From NCBI RefSeq assembly GCF_000281045.1, contig NW_008246072.1, positions 1,051,481-1,115,480 on the forward strand: a stretch of DNA of 64,000 nucleotides. The letters run 5' to 3'. The notes under the pieces were generated by a model, which did not search any database, was not told the DNA's origin, and saw only the letters and a list, made by a program, of their open reading frames with translations. Shown here one piece after another: positions 23,740 to 35,510 of this stretch; within the stretch, counting starts at the first letter, position 1; each line of letters starts with the position of its first letter. Made by a program: the position numbers and the translations under genes. The stretch comes from Saprolegnia diclina VS20 (lineage: Eukaryota).

Positions 23740-24273
23740 AACTACACGATACGTTAGAAAGTGTGTACACATTGTCGTTGTTACCCGCGTATAGCGCGAT
23801 TCTCGAACAAGCCATGGAAGGCACCGAAGAGACTTCGTTGGTTGCCTGCTTCAACCCTTGAAGGGGTTTTGATGGCAAGATTATCCGGATAAAATACGTG
23901 GCAGCACGAGCGCAGTTTCACCAAGGCATTCACCGAGTCGAATGGGCAAATCTCGCTGTCACTGGGATCTTGGCTTGACGCCATGTCATACGACTACACT
24001 CTGTTGTATGCTCTTGCGAATTGGTGATGAAGAGCCAGGACAGAAGCCTCGTTCGAGCACTTGAGGCGCTCTTCTGTGATTGATCGCAAGCGCGTCTGTT
24101 GGCCAAGAAAGCACCGTTGCAGCAGGACCTCGTCTCGTAGAACATGGGGCTTGTAGTGACATGCGCCATCGTCTAGTTGGCAACGGGCGTTTACATATCC
24201 GGATAAGGCGCAGAATACTCCGGATATGGCAATCGAATCCAACCGGCTCAAACGTGGCATTCACCAAGAAGCC

Positions 24274-25260
24274 ATGGCGGTGACAGACGACGTCCAGAAG
24301 GCGCGGAAGCGTATTCACGACAAGTACAAGGCTGCCAATACAGAGAAGATTGCGGTCAAGGGCAAGATCTACTGCGCTGCCAACGCAGAAAAAGTGCGGG
24401 CCCAACATAAGAAGTACCGCGCAGCCAACACAGAGAAGCTTGCGGTCCAGAAGAAGGCCTACTACGAGAAGAACCACAAGCAAGTGCTGGCGAAGAAGAA
24501 GCAATATTACCAGAAGCACAAGGACGTCCGCCAGGCCAAGTCCAAGTCGTGGCACTTGGCGAATCGGGCGTTCAGAAACGCATACGACCGAGCTTGGTAC
24601 ATTGTGCTTGCGTTGAAGTGGTTGTCTCATGTCTCTTCTTACTAGTCGGGCGCGAAAGAAGGCGATTGCAGCCGGCAAGATTCCCCCGCCGCTGCCCAAG
24701 CTCGCCGACTTTCGAGCGCAACACGAAGCCTCTGGCAGCGTCGCTCCTGCAACGTCGACGGATGCGGCCCCAGAACTCACTGAAGAAGCTCGCACCCCTT
24801 GGCCGCGACCACCAAGAAGGTTGTCGTGGTCACCTTCACCAACGAGCATCCTTTCAACATGCGCAAGCGTGGACCCGAGCCGTGCTGCGACGAGTGTGCG
24901 CTCTTCCAACCAAATGCGCTCACGTCGGCCAGCAACACGGTGCTCTTGGCGGGCACGTACCAGTGTACGTTTTGCCGCGACTGGACGTACTACAAACTCC
25001 ACCGCAAGCACAAGCGCACCCGCGCCGACGCCCGCCTTGACGCTCTCTCCGCCCGTGCTTTTTCATGTGCATGTTTTCGGATATTTTGCTTAATGAAGTG
25101 TGTTGAAATGTTCCATCATCTGACTCCACACGTCACTGCTTTGTACACAAGCTCTATTAAGTCGTCGGTCGGAACTCATGTACCCTTATTGCTCTGGCGG
25201 TGTGTCATTTCAAGGTTTCTGCCAGAGATCAACGGATCAACGGAGCCGACTTCAATCTAG
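24274..25260 (+). pseudogene. Lys/Tyr-rich repeat protein with C-terminal Cys-rich domain; 1-nt frameshift near 24788
   Basis: KYKAANTEKIA-type repeats and an intron at 24597-24645 (GTAC..CTAG). Relative to the copy at 30618-31119, one base is missing (gaagaagctcgcacccc vs gaagaagacccgcacccc). The restored frame gives HPLAATTKK...CCDEC...CTFC. Confidence 0.6.
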
Positions 25261-25462
25261 TCGAGCAGCATCGACGCTTGCGCTGCCTACCCAAGAGACT
25301 CGTGTGCTCGGGGTGCATACACGATCGAGACGCCAATAGCTGCTACAAGTGTACTCCTGAGGTCGAGTCTCTGACACGCCGAATGTAACGTAACCTCGAA
25401 AGTTGCTATTTACAAGAACGTGTATCTCTCTACGAGTTCCTCGCTTTCGATTCCATAATGAG

Positions 25463-26353
25463 CTAAGGCGATCCCAGCGCTTTGCTCCACGTGGCCAATG
25501 CTGCAACGAGGTCCGCAGCCTGCATCTTTTGAATGTTGTGGCCGCCCGAAGCATACTCCTTTCGAACACTGGCGCGCAGGGCTTCGCTGAGCTCACGCGA
25601 CACTTCCTTCTCGACAAGAGCGTCGTCAACAGCCCACGCGGCAAAGGTTGGGAACTCGCGCGCTTGAAGCTCGGCAGCAAAAACGTTGGTGTTGGCAAAG
25701 TTGGCCGTTCCGAAACGCTGCAGCGCATACGTGAGGTCATCGAGCGGCGTCCGGCGCGGGAACTTGTACATCTCGACGAAGAGCCAGTGGTTGGCCTTGG
25801 CGACGAGGTCCCGTGCGAGGCCTTCGGTGTAAAGCCGCTTCGCCATCCAGTTCATGACGCCAAACGGACGAATACCCTGGTGCGGCCGGAGCCCCATCGA
25901 GTTGAGCAGCACGAGGCCGTCAACGTGCTTGGCGCGCGCAGCCACTTGGATCGCAGTGTGGCCACCGCACGAGTGGCCCAGCACGATGCGCCGGCGGCCG
26001 GTGCGAAGGCCGTCCATGGCTTCCACAGCCGCCGCATTGACCGTGTCCGCGCTGAGACCCGGGATGCCACCAGCGGCCGCCGCCGGCGTCAGTCCATTGC
26101 CCGGCATGTCGAATGCAATGACGTTGGCGTTCGTCTCGGCGAGCAGCGGCGCGAGGTATTTGAAGTCCTTGTGCGACCCGGGTGCGCCGTGGAAGAGGAC
26201 GTACGTCGTCTCGGCGTTCGCCGGGCCGTGCGTAAAGTAGTGCAGCGGGTGGCCGTTGGCGAGCGTGTACGTGGCCTGGACCGCGCCAAAGGCCGGCGTC
26301 GAGTACGCGCGGGCGGCGCCGACGCGCAGCGCGACACGACGGACAGGCTGCAT
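25463..26353 (-). CDS. DUF1057-like alpha/beta hydrolase #2, mitochondrial-type presequence
   Basis: MQPVRRVALRVGAARAYS, HGAPGSHKDFKY, GHSCGG, GLRPHQGIRP, GGHNIQK. Confidence 0.9.
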   Translation of the reverse strand: MQPVRRVALRVGAARAYSTPAFGAVQATYTLANGHPLHYFTHGPANAETTYVLFHGAPGSHKDFKYLAPLLAETNANVIAFDMPGNGLTPAAAAGGIPGLSADTVNAAAVEAMDGLRTGRRRIVLGHSCGGHTAIQVAARAKHVDGLVLLNSMGLRPHQGIRPFGVMNWMAKRLYTEGLARDLVAKANHWLFVEMYKFPRRTPLDDLTYALQRFGTANFANTNVFAAELQAREFPTFAAWAVDDALVEKEVSRELSEALRASVRKEYASGGHNIQKMQAADLVAALATWSKALGSP

Positions 26354-27433
26354 CTTGGGATTTGCCACACTGGGATCGGCGGCCTGTGATTCGTAATTGC
26401 AAAAGCCAGCATCAACATCTTCTTACGGAATGTCACTTGGTGTTTGTATGTCGTTCAGAAGATATCGTTGGCGGAAACGTCGTGTAAACGTCGGCTAGGA
26501 ACGCACGGTGGCGGTCGGTGGTGCGATGGGAAGGCGGCGTTTTTATGCAACGTGTTGGAGGACAGTGTGTACACACATGTCGATCCAAGTGCAATATACG
26601 AAGTGGTACTTCAATCGCTGCTGAGTGAGGATATATGGGGTGCCCTAGTTTGCTGTGGGTATCGCGGTTCTTGGTGTTGAAACCTCTCGGACTAAGATCT
26701 ACGTTCTTTCTTACTCGAAAATGCACAAGAGTGAGGTACAAAAGCACTCGTCACCGCACCGCCTTTATCATGCAGCGCCGTTTGGCGTGCTCAAGTTTTC
26801 GCCAGCATTGGCAGTGGGGTGTAGGGGTGTAGCCCAGGATGTAGCCAATGTACACCTTTGGATGGACACAACCTCGAGCACTTCAAGATGACGGCACCTT
26901 CGAGATGCGATGCGCACGTGGTCGCAGTGCACCATTCAAAGGGTGGGCGGCGTGGTCAAGTGAGTCAACGACGCGTACATTCCACGTACCCAATGTCCTA
27001 ATCTTTGGGGGGCAACCCGGTCGACAACTAAAGGATGACAAGCTATCGGTTACTCGGTTCAAAAGAGGCTCGCCACGGTTGCCCAGAATGGATCTGGCAT
27101 CTGAACGCACCTGAAATCACTCGGCACGCCATGTACTGCGAGTGGAGAGTACGAGCCTCGCTCTTTTACACCCAAGTCATCGAGCTAGCTCCACTCGGTG
27201 GCTGCGAATGACGTCAGAGCAAAGATTTTTGTGTCCCTTCTGCACGTGCTCTATAGTTTTATGAGGTATCCATGGTGAAACGAGTCTGTGATTGGTCCGA
27301 CGTGCCTCGTCGTATCCCTATTGCACGGCGCATACGCCGTCGACGTCGCTTCCAGAAGCCCTCGGATCACATGACGCGCCAAACCCTGGGCCTCTTGCGT
27401 CAACCGGATCGCCACCACCTGGCGACAATGATT

Positions 27434-27520
27434 TTGGCCAATCAACGTGGTGGATGCGGAAAGCAGCCAATCACGTGCCGACCTTTACTGGCCGAGCTTG
27501 TGTCATTTTGTATTTTGCAC
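27434..27520 (+). promoter_or_regulatory. bioDA core promoter: two CCAAT boxes plus oomycete Inr/FPR
   Basis: GGCCAATCA (~27435), AGCCAATCA (~27465) and GTCATTTTGTATTTTGCA (27502-27519), just upstream of ATG 27532. Confidence 0.6.
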
Positions 27521-27531
27521 CGCCCACAACG

Positions 27532-30204
27532 ATGCTCTCGCGCTGCCTCCGCCCCAAGGTCGTGGCTCGCACCTACGCGTCCCGCGCGGGCCTCGCCCAG
27601 ATCGGCAGCCAGACGGTCCTCGACCAGTCGCTGCCCAACGCCGTGACGGCGTCGCTCCATGCGCCGATCGTCCAAGTGTTTGGTGCCAACACGGACGTGG
27701 GCAAGACCGTGGTCGCCGCCGGTCTCTGCCGCGCGGCGCTCCAGTCGTCTTCGTCTGCGACCGTGGGCTACGTCAAGCCGCTGCAGACGGGCGGCGACTC
27801 GATGCTGGACGCTGGCTTCCTCTCGCGCCATACGAACGACGCCGAGAAGCGCTTGACGAGCCACACGCTCTTCTCGTGGGAGACCGCCGTCTCGCCACAC
27901 TTGGCCGCGTCGCTGGAAAAGAAGGCAGTCGATGACGCAATGGTCGTCACGAAGCTTAGCAAGACACTGCGCGAGCTGCAGGCCAACGCCGCGGCATCGG
28001 CGTTGACGGTCGTCGAGACTGCCGGTGGCGTCTGCAGGTTGATCGTGTGAGCCGCCATACGTCATGTCTCATGATACCTTGTCTAGTCCCTCGGCAAGTG
28101 GCAAGCTGCAGTGCGACGTCTACCGCCCGTTGCGCCTCCCGGCCGTGCTTGTCGGTGACGGCCGCCTCGGCGGTATCTCGGCCACCATGTCGGCGCTCGA
28201 CTCGCTTCTCCTGCGCGTACGACATTGCTTCCAATTGTTAGTCCTTGCAAGTGCGTGGGATAGGGTTATGACGTGTCGTGTATTGTCCTCATCGAACAAG
28301 ACAACTTGAGCAACGCCGATGCGATCGCCGAGCGCGCGACCGAGCTCGGGATCCCGATTTTTGCGCTTGACAAGCTCCCGCCGCAGCCCGAGCCGCTCAC
28401 AAAGTGGTACGCCAAGTCGGACGCTGCGTTTCGCGCCGTCTACGACAGCATCGCGACAACGCACGCCGCGCGTGTCGACCGACTGCGCGCTCTGCCCGCC
28501 ATCGCCAAAGATGTACATTGTCGTTTTCGTGGACAACTTGTCTCACATGATGTAGACGCTCTGGTGGCCGTTCACGCAACACAAGAGCAACAAGGGCGTA
28601 CTGGTCATCGACTCGGCGTACGGTGACACGTTTGCCACGTACAATGACGCGACGGCGTCGATCGAGCCCATGTATGACGCCTGCGCGTCCTGGTGGACGC
28701 AAGGTGTTGGACATGGCAACGCCAAGATGGCGCTGTCGCTGGCCACGGCTGCCGGCCGGTACTTGCTGATGTTTTGTATCAATGTATCAATTGTGCGACA
28801 ACGGTAGGTACGGCCACGTGATGTTTCCGGAAAACGCGCACGAGCCCGCGGTCGTGCTCTCGGAGAAGCTCCTCGCGTCGGTCGGCAAGGGCTGGGCCGG
28901 CAAGGTCTTCTTCTCGGACGACGGGTCCACGGCTGTCGAGATTGGTATCAAGATGGTAAATTGATATTTCGACTCTCGTATTTTCTCATGAGACTAACCC
29001 TAGGCGCTGCGCAAGTACGCGGTGGACCACGGTTTGAGCATGTCGTTTGAAGGCATCAAGAACGTAATCGTGCTTGCGCAAGCCGGCTGCTACCACGGCG
29101 ACACGCTCGGCGCTATGGACGTGGCCGAGCCGAGCGTCTACAATGCCACCCAGCACCCTTGGTATATAGTACTTTGACAAATGACACCGTATGTCGCTCA
29201 TGTCATGGACGATAGGTACAAGCCCAAGGCGCTCTTTGTACAGCCGCCGTCCGTGACGGTGGCGTCAAATGGCCACATGCGCATCACGTGGGCGGACGTC
29301 AACCCGTCGCTGGAGACGCAGCTGCCGACGATGAACGACGTCTTTGACATTTCCCGTGACGGGTCGGCGCTCACGGCGGCGTACACCGACTACATCGAGT
29401 CGCTTCTCGCAACGGTCCCGTCCGACACGGTCATCGGTGCCCTTATCCTCGAGCCCGTGCTCATTGGCGCCGGTACCCTACCCCTGCCAGTAAACTAGCG
29501 TCTGAACGATGAGCTACTAGGGGGTATGGTGCTCGTGGACCCGCTCTTCCAGCGCACCATGGTGCGCGTGTGCCAGCGCCACAAGATCCCGGTCGTCTTT
29601 GACGAAGTGTTTAGCGGGTTCTGGCGCCTCGGCGCCGAGTCGGCCCGCGACCTTTTGCATGTAAACCCCGACATTGCCTGCTACGCCAAGCTCCTCACGG
29701 GCGGCGCGGTGCCGCTCTCGACGACGCTCGCCACGAACGCCGTCTTTGACGCATTTTACGCGGACTCGAAGGCCGACGCGCTCCTGCACGGTACGGTTTG
29801 TACAGTATACCAGCGAGATAAACCCGAGGGCAGGTCACTCGTTTACGGCCAACCCCGTGGGATGCGCAGCGGCGATCACGGCCCTGGACATGTACACGGG
29901 TCTCTCGACGCCCAAGGGCAGCGTCACGCGCGTGCAGTGGAGTCCGGACCAAGTCGCGGCGTTGGCGGCGCGCCCGGGCGTCGACCGCGCGTTTCAAATC
30001 GGCACGGTGCTCGTGATCGAACTCGCATCGACGTCGCGTGGGTACACGGACACGACGGGCCAGGACGTCTTGGTGCGACTCCGTGCGAATGGCATCTACG
30101 CCCGGTCGCTCGGGAACGTCCTGTACATCATGGCGTCGCCGCTGAGCACGCCCGAGACGTGCAAAGCGATCTTCAACAAGGTCGTCGCACACCTTTTCGA
30201 GTAA
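27532..30204 (+). CDS. BIO3-BIO1: Bifunctional dethiobiotin synthetase / DAPA aminotransferase (BioD-BioA fusion), mitochondrial, multi-exon
   Basis: BioD part: VFGANTDVGKT, YVKPLQTG, SPHLAA, VETAGGV, GDGRLGGIS. BioA part: WWPFTQH, DACASWWTQGVGHG, SDDGSTAVE, YHGDTLGAM, FDEVFSG, PDIACYAKLLTGG, HGHSFTANP. Presequence MLSRCLRPKVVARTYAS. Confidence 0.95.
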
Positions 30205-30517
30205 CTTCAAGTCGTGATTGTGGTGTACATCAGTGCTCGTACTAGAAGCGGGGTTAGGGATCTGGTGATGCACGACCAAACACATCGAGGATCGAGTACC
30301 TTGCTACTAGTACAGAATTGCAAAATGTGGCAGCCAGAGCACGCAGTCGAAGCCGAGAGGTAGTTAACACGCTGCGCCATCCGTCCGATTACTCTATGCA
30401 TCCGCCGCACGTCTACCGACCGACCGAGCATGACCAACGCGGCAAGGAGCACACGCAGTGTAGTACGAACACCCAGCAATCCAAAGATGAAACACTACTT
30501 CATTACGGAAAATATGC

Positions 30518-30617
30518 NNNNNNNNNNNNNNNNNNNNNNNNNNNNNNNNNNNNNNNNNNNNNNNNNNNNNNNNNNNNNNNNNNNNNNNNNNNNNNNNNNN
30601 NNNNNNNNNNNNNNNNN
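30518..30617. other. Assembly gap (100 N)
   Basis: Run of N. Confidence 1.
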
Positions 30618-31119
30618 GGCCAGTCTCGCGGCCAAGGGGTGCGGGTCTTCTTCAGTGAGTTCTGGGGCCGCATCCGTCGACGTTGCAGGAGCGACGCTGC
30701 CAGAGGCTTCGTGTTGCGCTCGAAAGTCGGCGGGCTTGGGCAGCGGCGGGGGAATCTTGCCGGCTGCAATCGCCTTCTTTCGCGCCCGACTAGTAGGAAG
30801 AGACATGAGACAACCACTTCAACGCAAGCACAATGTACCAAGCTCGGTCGTATGCGTTTCTGAACGCCCGATTCGCCAAGTGCCACGACTTGGACTTGGC
30901 CTGGAGGACTTCCTTGTGCTTCTGGTAATTTTCCTTCTTCTTCTCGCTCAAATGCGCACGATTCTTCTCGTAGTAGGCCTTCTTCTGGACCGCAACCTTC
31001 TCCTTGTTGGCTGCATGGTACGTTTTCTTTCGGGTCTGCTCTTTTTCTGCGTTGGCAGCGCGGTACTTCTTCTCTGCAAGGCGCTTCTTCGCCTTCTTGA
31101 CGTCGTCTGTCACCGCCAT
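30618..31119 (-). CDS. Second, inverted copy of the Lys/Tyr-rich repeat gene (3' part lost in gap)
   Basis: MAVTDDVKKAKK...KYRAANAEK...SKSWHLANRAFRNAYDRA, the same intron, then RARKKAIAAGKIPPP. Near-identical DNA to 24530-24810. Confidence 0.7.
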
Positions 31120-31381
31120 GGTTTGTTGGAGAATGACACGACCAGCCCACGCCCACGAGCCCGTTGTGATGCCCGTTGGATTCGTTTTCTAAATCCGGAT
31201 GACGGTGAGCTGGCAGGCTGAAATGAGCGTATTATCCGGACATATTGCCGTCTCTCTCAACTGCTCGATGCAAGCGTCACAAGACCAACCGTCTTTCAAC
31301 ATTGATACCGCTTTTACCACGAGTTGAAGTTGTCTCTCCGAAAGGTATTACAAGGTCTATATACCGCACTACCTCTATTCT

Positions 31382-32275
31382 CTACACACTGGCTTGCGCC
31401 CACGTCAGGAGGGCCTCGGCAAGCACGCCGCACTGTGTCTTTTGAATGTTATGGCCACCGCGGTTGTAGTCGAGGCGGACGCCAGGATGCAAGAGAGCGC
31501 CGAGCTCGTGGCCAATGGCCTTCTCGACGAGAACGTCGTCGAGCGCGATCGCAACGAGCGACGGCACCTTGCGCCGCCCGAGCGACGCGACGTGGCGGCC
31601 GATCTTGTCAAAGTCGGTGGTCCCCGAGCGCTGAAAGGCATACGTCATGTCATCGCGCGGCGTTCGCTTGGGAAACTTGTAGATGTTCATGTACACCCAG
31701 TGGTTGATGGCGACGCACACATCGCGCTGGAAGCCCGGGGTCCGCAGCTTCTGGGCACCAAACTGGATCGGCGCGAACGGCCGAATCGCTTGGTGCGGCC
31801 GCAGCCCCATCGAGTTGAGAAGCGCAATGCCAGCAACTCGCTTGATGCGGTCCGCAACCTCGATCGCCGTGTGGCCACCACACGAGTGGCCCAGAACGAA
31901 CGCCCGCTGCAGCGAGAGGCCGTCGATGGCTTCAACGACGACGTCGGCAAGCGCACCGGCCGTCAGCGACGCCATGCCACCGGCCGCGGCCGCCGGCGTT
32001 TGGCCGTTCCCAGGCAAGTCGAATGCGAGCACGTTGACGTTGTCGCGCACGAGCAAGGGCGCGAGGTGCTTGAAGTCCATGTGCGAGCCCGGCGCGCCGT
32101 GAAGGAGCACGAAGGTCGCCGCCGCGTTCTCGGGACCGTGGGTGGTGTAGTGTAGCGGGTGGCCATTTTGGAGGCTGTAGGTAGCTTGGAGCGAGCCGTA
32201 CGGGGCGGTCGAGAAGCACGCCGAGTGGTGCGGCAGAAGCCGACCGAAGCGCGAGATTTGATGGAGCCGAGCCAT
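31382..32275 (-). CDS. DUF1057-like alpha/beta hydrolase #3, mitochondrial-type presequence
   Basis: MARLHQISRFGRLLPHHSACFS, HGAPGSHMDFKH, GHSCGG, GLRPHQAIRP, GGHNIQKTQ. Confidence 0.9.
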   Translation of the reverse strand: MARLHQISRFGRLLPHHSACFSTAPYGSLQATYSLQNGHPLHYTTHGPENAAATFVLLHGAPGSHMDFKHLAPLLVRDNVNVLAFDLPGNGQTPAAAAGGMASLTAGALADVVVEAIDGLSLQRAFVLGHSCGGHTAIEVADRIKRVAGIALLNSMGLRPHQAIRPFAPIQFGAQKLRTPGFQRDVCVAINHWVYMNIYKFPKRTPRDDMTYAFQRSGTTDFDKIGRHVASLGRRKVPSLVAIALDDVLVEKAIGHELGALLHPGVRLDYNRGGHNIQKTQCGVLAEALLTWAQASV

Positions 32276-32688
32276 CGTTTTGCCAACTTCAAAGTCGCTT
32301 CAATACGAACCGGACTTTACTGGGGTGTTGTGTCAACACCGTCGCGGATGGGTTATTTCTAATCAACGCCCTGCGTTAAAATGCGTTTTACACAAGGCAA
32401 ACTCCAGCTCGCAGCATCGGCTCAGCAACCGTCTCGTCGCATTTACGCGAAAACGTTGGACGCCAGAAACGACAATAGCCTACGATACGTCCCTATGTAT
32501 ATATGCAGCAATGCGCATTTCGACGTCAAAAGCCCGCACCTCGGTACACTACCGAACTGCCGATGGTACGAACTTGGGTTTAACCTGCTTTAACGCCCCT
32601 TTGAACAACTTGAAGTTGGACCTAACGATTGCAAATCATGCTCGTTCAAGTGCGCTCGAATCGACAACGCACTTGTGCCACTCGCAGG

Positions 32689-33566
32689 ATGGCGATTTCG
32701 CGCCGAATCGCCCGGCGCTTCTCCTCCGCGGCCGTTAGCTGCCCGCCGTTTGGTTCGGTCCAGGCGACGTACACCCTAACGAACGGTCACCCACTGCACT
32801 ACACGAAGCATGGGCCCGCCGACGCCGAGACAACGTTCGTCCTCCTCCACGGCGCCCCAGGGTCGCACAAGGACTTTCGGCATCTGGCGCCGCTTCTTGT
32901 TCGCGAGCGCATCAACGTCATCGCGCTGGATCTCCCTGGCAACGGTCTCACGCCTGCTGCCGCCGCGGGGGGCCTCGCAGGCTTGAGCGCCGCGTCGATT
33001 GCTGACGCCGTCGTCGAGGCCATCGACGGCCTTTCTCTGCAGCGAACGTTTGTGCTGGGGCACTCGTTCGGCAGGCACACGGCGCTGGAAGCAGCTGCGC
33101 GCGTCAAGCGCGTCCACGGTCTCGCACTGCTGAACGCTGCCGGTCTCCGCCCGCACCAAACCATTCGGCCGTTTGGTGTCATGGCGGCGGGCGCGGGCGT
33201 CTTGTCCCGACCCGGCCTTCTGCGCAATCTCGTCGTCAAGCTCAACCACTGGACGTACCTCCACGTGTACAAGTTTCCGCGCAGCACCAACGTTGACGAC
33301 CTCACGTTTGGCTTTCAGCGGTTCGGGTCCACGGACTTTGAGCGGGTCGCTGGCTTTGCGAAAGCGACGGCGCAGCGCGGCGTCCCAACGTTTACCGCGA
33401 TTGCCCGAGACGACCACCTCGTGGAGCAAGCGATTGGAGACGAGCTCAAGGACGTACTCTAGTCGGGCGTGCACAAGGAGTACGGGGCGTGCACAAGGAG
33501 TACGCGGCGGGCGGCCATGCCGATCTCGCGCAAGCGCTGGTGTCATGGGCCATCTCCAGCGCGTAA
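32689..33566 (+). pseudogene. DUF1057-like alpha/beta hydrolase #4 (mitochondrial presequence), disrupted
   Basis: MAISRRIARRFSS presequence; elbow mutated to GHSFGR; premature TAG at 33460; 20-bp tandem duplication at 33465-33504; NIQKTQA missing after GGH. Confidence 0.8.
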
Positions 33567-33788
33567 GGTAGTCTACATAGCGACAATAGAATGGGACTCG
33601 GAATCACAATGCAATAGACAATTTTATCATCGCAGAAGATAGTCCGTGTTGCATGATTGTGGTCGTCATCACCAGCATCTTGGAGGTGAAATGATGTGTA
33701 AAACACGAGGTTGCACTTTCTATTTCAAGTGCAAAGTCAATCACCCACGTTTTTCACGTGGGAATCAGGCACGGATCACTTGGCAGAG

Positions 33789-34637
33789 ATGGAGCCGGTC
33801 GAGGCGACGGTGCCGATGGCCAACGGCCACGCGATGCACTACTCTCGCTACGGACCAGCGGAAGCGAGCGTAACGTACGTCTGCCTCCACGGCTCGCCGG
33901 GTACGTGGCGCGACTTCAAGTACCTCGCGCCACGCCTCGTCGCCGACGACACGAACGTCCTCTCGTTCGACCTCCCGGGGTTCGGTCGAACCAGCGCCAA
34001 AGTTGTTGGCGGCAGCAGCAAGCTCACGGCTACATCCCTCGCGACGGCTGTGGTCGATGCGCTGCAGCTTCTTTCGCTGCGCCACTGCATTGTCGTTGGG
34101 CACTCGATGGGCGGCCTCACAACCCTCGAAGTCGCCGCGGGCCTCGCGACGCAGCCGTGGCTAAAAGGCGCAGTCTTCCTCAACCCCGCCGGCCTGCGCC
34201 CGCACAAGGCGCGCTGGCCGATCACCGAATCGGCGCTTGCGTGGGCGCTACGTTTAGCGGGCCCGGGATCAAACCCGATGACGCGCTGGAACCACCACAT
34301 TCACGTCAACGGACTCAAGCTCCCAAAGGCGACACATGAATTCGACTGCGCCAACGCCGTCTACCGCCTCGCCTCGGTCGACTACGATACGCTTCAGACG
34401 GCAGCGATGACCGTCGTTGCCCGGCGGCTCCCGGCGTTCGTCGCGATCGCTACTGATGACCACGTCGTCGAAGCCGTGGTTGGGCGTGAACTCGGTGAGG
34501 CACTGCGCGCACAAGTCATCAAGGAGTATGCAAACGGTGGCCATCATCTTCAAAAGACGCAAGCCGCCGATCTCGCGCACAAGCTTCGCGCGTGGACAAA
34601 GGACGTTGTGCTGCGGCAGCCCATGTCTCGCCTCTAG
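33789..34637 (+). CDS. DUF1057-like alpha/beta hydrolase #5, C-terminal PTS1 (SRL)
   Basis: MEPVEAT start with no presequence, HGSPGTWRDFKY, GHSMGG, GGHHLQKTQ, ends PMSRL*. Confidence 0.9.
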   Translation: MEPVEATVPMANGHAMHYSRYGPAEASVTYVCLHGSPGTWRDFKYLAPRLVADDTNVLSFDLPGFGRTSAKVVGGSSKLTATSLATAVVDALQLLSLRHCIVVGHSMGGLTTLEVAAGLATQPWLKGAVFLNPAGLRPHKARWPITESALAWALRLAGPGSNPMTRWNHHIHVNGLKLPKATHEFDCANAVYRLASVDYDTLQTAAMTVVARRLPAFVAIATDDHVVEAVVGRELGEALRAQVIKEYANGGHHLQKTQAADLAHKLRAWTKDVVLRQPMSRL

Positions 34638-35510
34638 TCGTATCGATTTATAATCTTCTGGTCGACTAGTATTCTTGAGAAGACGTTTCGTTTGCAGTCT
34701 TAATGACGCTCAACGCTGTTTCGCAGTCTGCCTTTGGCCTTTGCAGCCGCCCGACATCCCACGTCGTGCGAACCTGCGCCATGGAGAAGATGGTCTTGGC
34801 GTCAAAATGAAATGACATATCATTCAGAAGGTTGTGACTATGATACCGCAACAAACTGTAATCAACTGCAGTGATGCAAATCTGCGATCACCGTGACGTG
34901 GCACTGGCCTGTGACACGGCCGATACCCCTTTCTGTCAAATGCGAGTCCAGTTGAACCGTGCCTCGGACACTCCACAACAGACTATGCTTTGTCGCCCAG
35001 GCTTCTTCTCGTACGCTATAAACAATGACAGCGTCTTCGTCAATTGAGAAGTACGCAGGCCCCTTCCTGCGTCATTGTGTCCGTCTGTGTCGTCTCGAGA
35101 AAACGTCCTTGCCGTTGATGGCAGTGCGACTTCAACATTCGAGGGATATCTCCTCACAACCCCACGTCACATATGTCTCTCATCAAGACACACGCACATC
35201 GCAAGCGCGGCCTTTGGTAGCTCTACCAGTATGTGGCTCTTGACGAAAAGAGCAGAAATGCGGCAGTGGGAATGCGGGGTGTCGAAGAATGCGCGGTTCA
35301 CGCCGCCCTCGCCACGGTACTCTCGTGCAGGTTTGTACCCGCCATCCTCCATCCCGCTGCCATGTGGGATTGCTCCATAGTAAGCGCCCGCACCTCGTTT
35401 TGTAACGCGAAGCGATTTCCAATCGCGCTTAGTCTTTTGGTCGTGCTGCAGTCTACACGCTCCACAATCAAGATTGCACATTTCATTTCCAAACTTTTGA
35501 CGTGTCCATC

